Origin: Antedon mediterranea
Taxonomy: Eukaryota; Animalia; Echinodermata
NCBI RefSeq assembly: GCF_964355755.1
Contig: NC_092673.1
Location: 9,610,001-9,674,000, forward strand
DNA: 64,000 nt
Direction of reading: 5' to 3'
The notes beneath the pieces were generated by a model. It was not told where the DNA came from and made no database searches. It saw nothing but the letters and a program-made list of their open reading frames with translations. Shown piece by piece: positions 60,851 to 64,000 of the stretch. The stretch's first letter is position 1, and the number at the start of each line of letters is the position of its first letter. The position numbers and the translations under genes are program-made.

Positions 60851-62324
60851 TATTTCAAATATGCTACCCTCTAATAATAATGGAACGATCCATTTGATGA
60901 TCTGGGTTTTCTAGGAACTAGAAAACTCATAGATATTGATATCTGAGTTTTCTAGATCTAAAAAAGTCAGATATCTGAATTTTCTAGATCTAGAAAAGTC
61001 AGATATAGCGGCATTTGAATGCGAGGCCCTAGCCTAGGACTATGCTGTATCATCAGAGCCAAGCTAAGAAGGGTCCTGCGCCCAAGACCGGGGAGGGAGA
61101 AGCTGCCGGTCTATGGCTATGTTGACTGTATATGATTTTACGCTTATGCTACTAGGAGTTCAGAGTGTAGTGTAATATGCCTACAGTACAGATAAAAACT
61201 ACTGCGCGTGGCGGTCACGTGGCGTAGCATTCGTAGTGCGTAAGCTATGCGCAGCATTCGTAGCCTACGTTGTGATCAACTGTGTATGGGAATTCCCTAA
61301 ACTCAACTGTGTACACGTACATCGTCGACGGCTAAGCAGGCTATGAAAAATTCGAATAAATAGAAATGATACGATTGTTTGGCCAATACAATAATATCAT
61401 CATCATTAAACATACTTGAAATTCAAATTTTTCTAAAGAAAATAGCAATTAAAAACTGCTCAAAGCCAAGCTAGACGCGAAAAGTCTTATTAATTAGGCC
61501 TACTGCTGACTGTACATTCACATTCATCGCCGGCCAGTATTGTACAAAATTCATTGATGACGAAACGTTATGATAAAATTACAAATTTTTTATGAGTAAT
61601 TAATACAGTACGTCAGTATATTTCATTTAAACAAAAAATATCTAGGTTTGAAACTGTCGTAACTGTACATCAAACTCCATTAATATTAGCTATTGTAACA
61701 ACAACCTGCAGCAGAGGATCGGTGGAGGGACAAGTTACAGGTCGTTTATAACGATGCAAGATAATAAATTAGATAGTATTTAAATAAATGTTATTTATTT
61801 ATAAATAAAAATAAATTATAATTAAAATTTTAAAATATGCAAAACTTTATTTAAAAGTTCAATTGAAGGTTAAACAAAACATAACAAGTACAGTATCCAT
61901 CCACGGATCATAAACATGTGGATATAAACACACTGGGCTAATGAATTACAAATGGAGTGATCCGTCTCGATTTCCGTTGGAACAAAAATAATATCGTACT
62001 TGTATTCTATTATTTCGACATTTACAGTATTTAAACAGTCCATATTATCCCATAGTACTAAATAAACGTAATATTTCATTTAAACGCAATTTTAAAATGA
62101 AACATCGTTCATTATATAGCCTAGTAAACAAACATAGTTCAGACAGTAGAGTAGAACTGCGAGATACACACACGTGGGTAAACAGCAGCTACACGGCGAA
62201 ATCTGACGTATCGAGGAAATATCCTTCTGTCACAAGGCTATACCACATTATTTCACATTTTCACGCCATGTACATCATATTTAACGCTTGTACACAGTAT
62301 GGATTATCATACAGTACTACTACT

Positions 62325-63132
62325 ACTAGGTAACCCAATGTAAAAATTCAAATTAATGATGGTACTTTTTCTTTCAGTTAATCAGAAGGAACTTACTGAA
62401 CATAAACTTTTGCAATTTAAATGATTGAAATCGGATTATCCATTCAAAAGTTATGGTCCGTTAAAGTGCCCAAAAAACAGTGATTTTTGCTTGAAAAATG
62501 GCACTTTTTCTAATTATATTTGAACCCATTTTTGAAGGGTTATAACTTTTATACTAATAATTTTAAAGTTCTTATTTTTTCCAAACCCATAGATACAACA
62601 GAGTTGTACAAGAATATTTTTTTTTTGGGTGTCCTCGACATTTTTTTTTTTAGATATCGCCCTCCAAAATTCGTCCGAGGGCTTTTTACGCGTGATTTTC
62701 CCAATGTCTCAAAAATGCCCAAAAAGTTCCTGTCTTTAAATGATTCATAACTTTTGAACCAATGTGTGAATTAACTTCTTTTTTTTTGCATTGCATAAAA
62801 TGTAATATGTATTTTAGTAAGGTTATTTATATTGACAGGTAGGTAATTCTGAAATACAACATAAAATATTGTTAAAAAATGTTAAAATGTGAAAAAAAAA
62901 AATATTGCGTTAAAAAACTGTGTGGGTATTGTTTCTTTTCATTAAATATTATTTTTCGTAAGTATACATTTTTTTAATAATTCTAGTATTTAAAGTTATA
63001 TTTATAATCATATATTATTTTAATTGATTTTCGAACCGCCAAAAATAAGAATTAAGCCCGTGCTTATTATGTGTTCGATTCCATTTGGAGCGCCGGGCCG
63101 AACGTAGACTCGGCCGCGCCTACTACAAGTTA
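62325..63132 (+). mobile_element. Probable Helitron/HINE-like repeat
   Basis: 3' GC hairpin gcgccgggccga-acgtagac-tcggccgcgc followed by ctactacaagtt; AT-rich body. Confidence 0.4.
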
Positions 63133-64000
63133 AGTTATATAGGCCCCTAGTACTAGTAGCTACTAAGGTCTAAATAAAAGCCTGACGAAAATTCTGCCTA
63201 AGAAATATCGGGAAGAAATTTTTTATTTAACAAAGTAATTACCTCAATGGTATAATTGTAACATGTTGAATTTTATTTCCCTTTCGATAATTCTAACCGA
63301 AAGTTGCACTTTGAATTGAAATATACGGAATAAAATTTAGGCCTAGAAACAGCGTAGACATACAACGGCAACACAGGCCAAAGCGCGTTTCGGCCGCCTA
63401 CATAGAATGGCTTACGGCCGCTGCATAGCAAAATCAAAGCTTCTTAAATTTCTTCGGTACATTTCTTCCTAACGTACTTGCTTTATATAGTAGATTTATA
63501 AATATTCCACTTATTAAATAATTTAATAAATCGGTAAAATTGACGTTTCGAAGCAAATATTCCATGAGAGGCGACATTTTTCGACATGCCTCGTGTGCGG
63601 CGAAGACTAGTTCAGAAAATGGAACAGTCCACTGCAGGGGTTATCCAATCATTAATTAACGCGCTAATACATGCATACCATGCACATTGTCTGGGCGACG
63701 GTAATTTAGTAATAAGCGGAGAACTGAATCCCCCCCGTAAGTAAAATGGTAAACACTGATATTTATGGTAGGGATTATTTTTTTCAGTGGTTGGTCTTGT
63801 TGGCCTCTTCGCACGAGGTCCACGCAAAGTCAAATAAAACGATGTGGTTTATCAAACAGAAATATAAATTAGCTTCAATTCAATACTAAATTAGCCAGAT
63901 TTTGATAATGAGAAAGACTAAAAAATTCAAGTTTTATCGTTAAAATTGACATTTGAGGCGGATGTACATAATAATAATAACCGATTTACATATCAAAATA

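Larger units (their letters stand above)
55195..61006. mobile_element. Outer inverted-repeat element (arms about 55195-55420 and 59490-59567 plus 60853-61006) hosting nested insertions
   Basis: ttttctagatctagaaaa palindromes, atttggatcgttccattatta and gttttcttactaata are mirrored on both sides. Confidence 0.7.

Overview
This is AT-rich eukaryotic (animal, probably marine invertebrate) genomic DNA, not prokaryotic. The one host gene I can support is IMP3 (U3 snoRNP protein), on the minus strand. Four small exons (39191-39037, 38774-38723, 17231-17159, 568-542) splice in frame into its C-terminal ~101 aa. I did not find the 5' exons, which probably lie beyond 64000. Its introns are 16.6 kb, 21.5 kb, >24.8 kb and one 262-nt intron with a U12-type (GTATCCTTT) donor. 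The large introns are almost entirely nested transposon debris: LINEs (RTEX-like, L2, CR1-like, a near-full-length Rex1/Babar-like copy), a Penelope-like fragment with a minimal hammerhead ribozyme and a hairpin, and 5S- and tRNA-derived SINEs. They also hold a Helitron, many Helentron/HINE (DINE-1-like) elements, Kolobok-, Harbinger-, pogo- and hAT-like non-autonomous elements and a 3.3-kb foldback. Several insertion boundaries can be checked directly, because removing the insert restores a LINE reading frame or matches an empty paralogous site. All family names come from recognising motifs by eye, with no database search.
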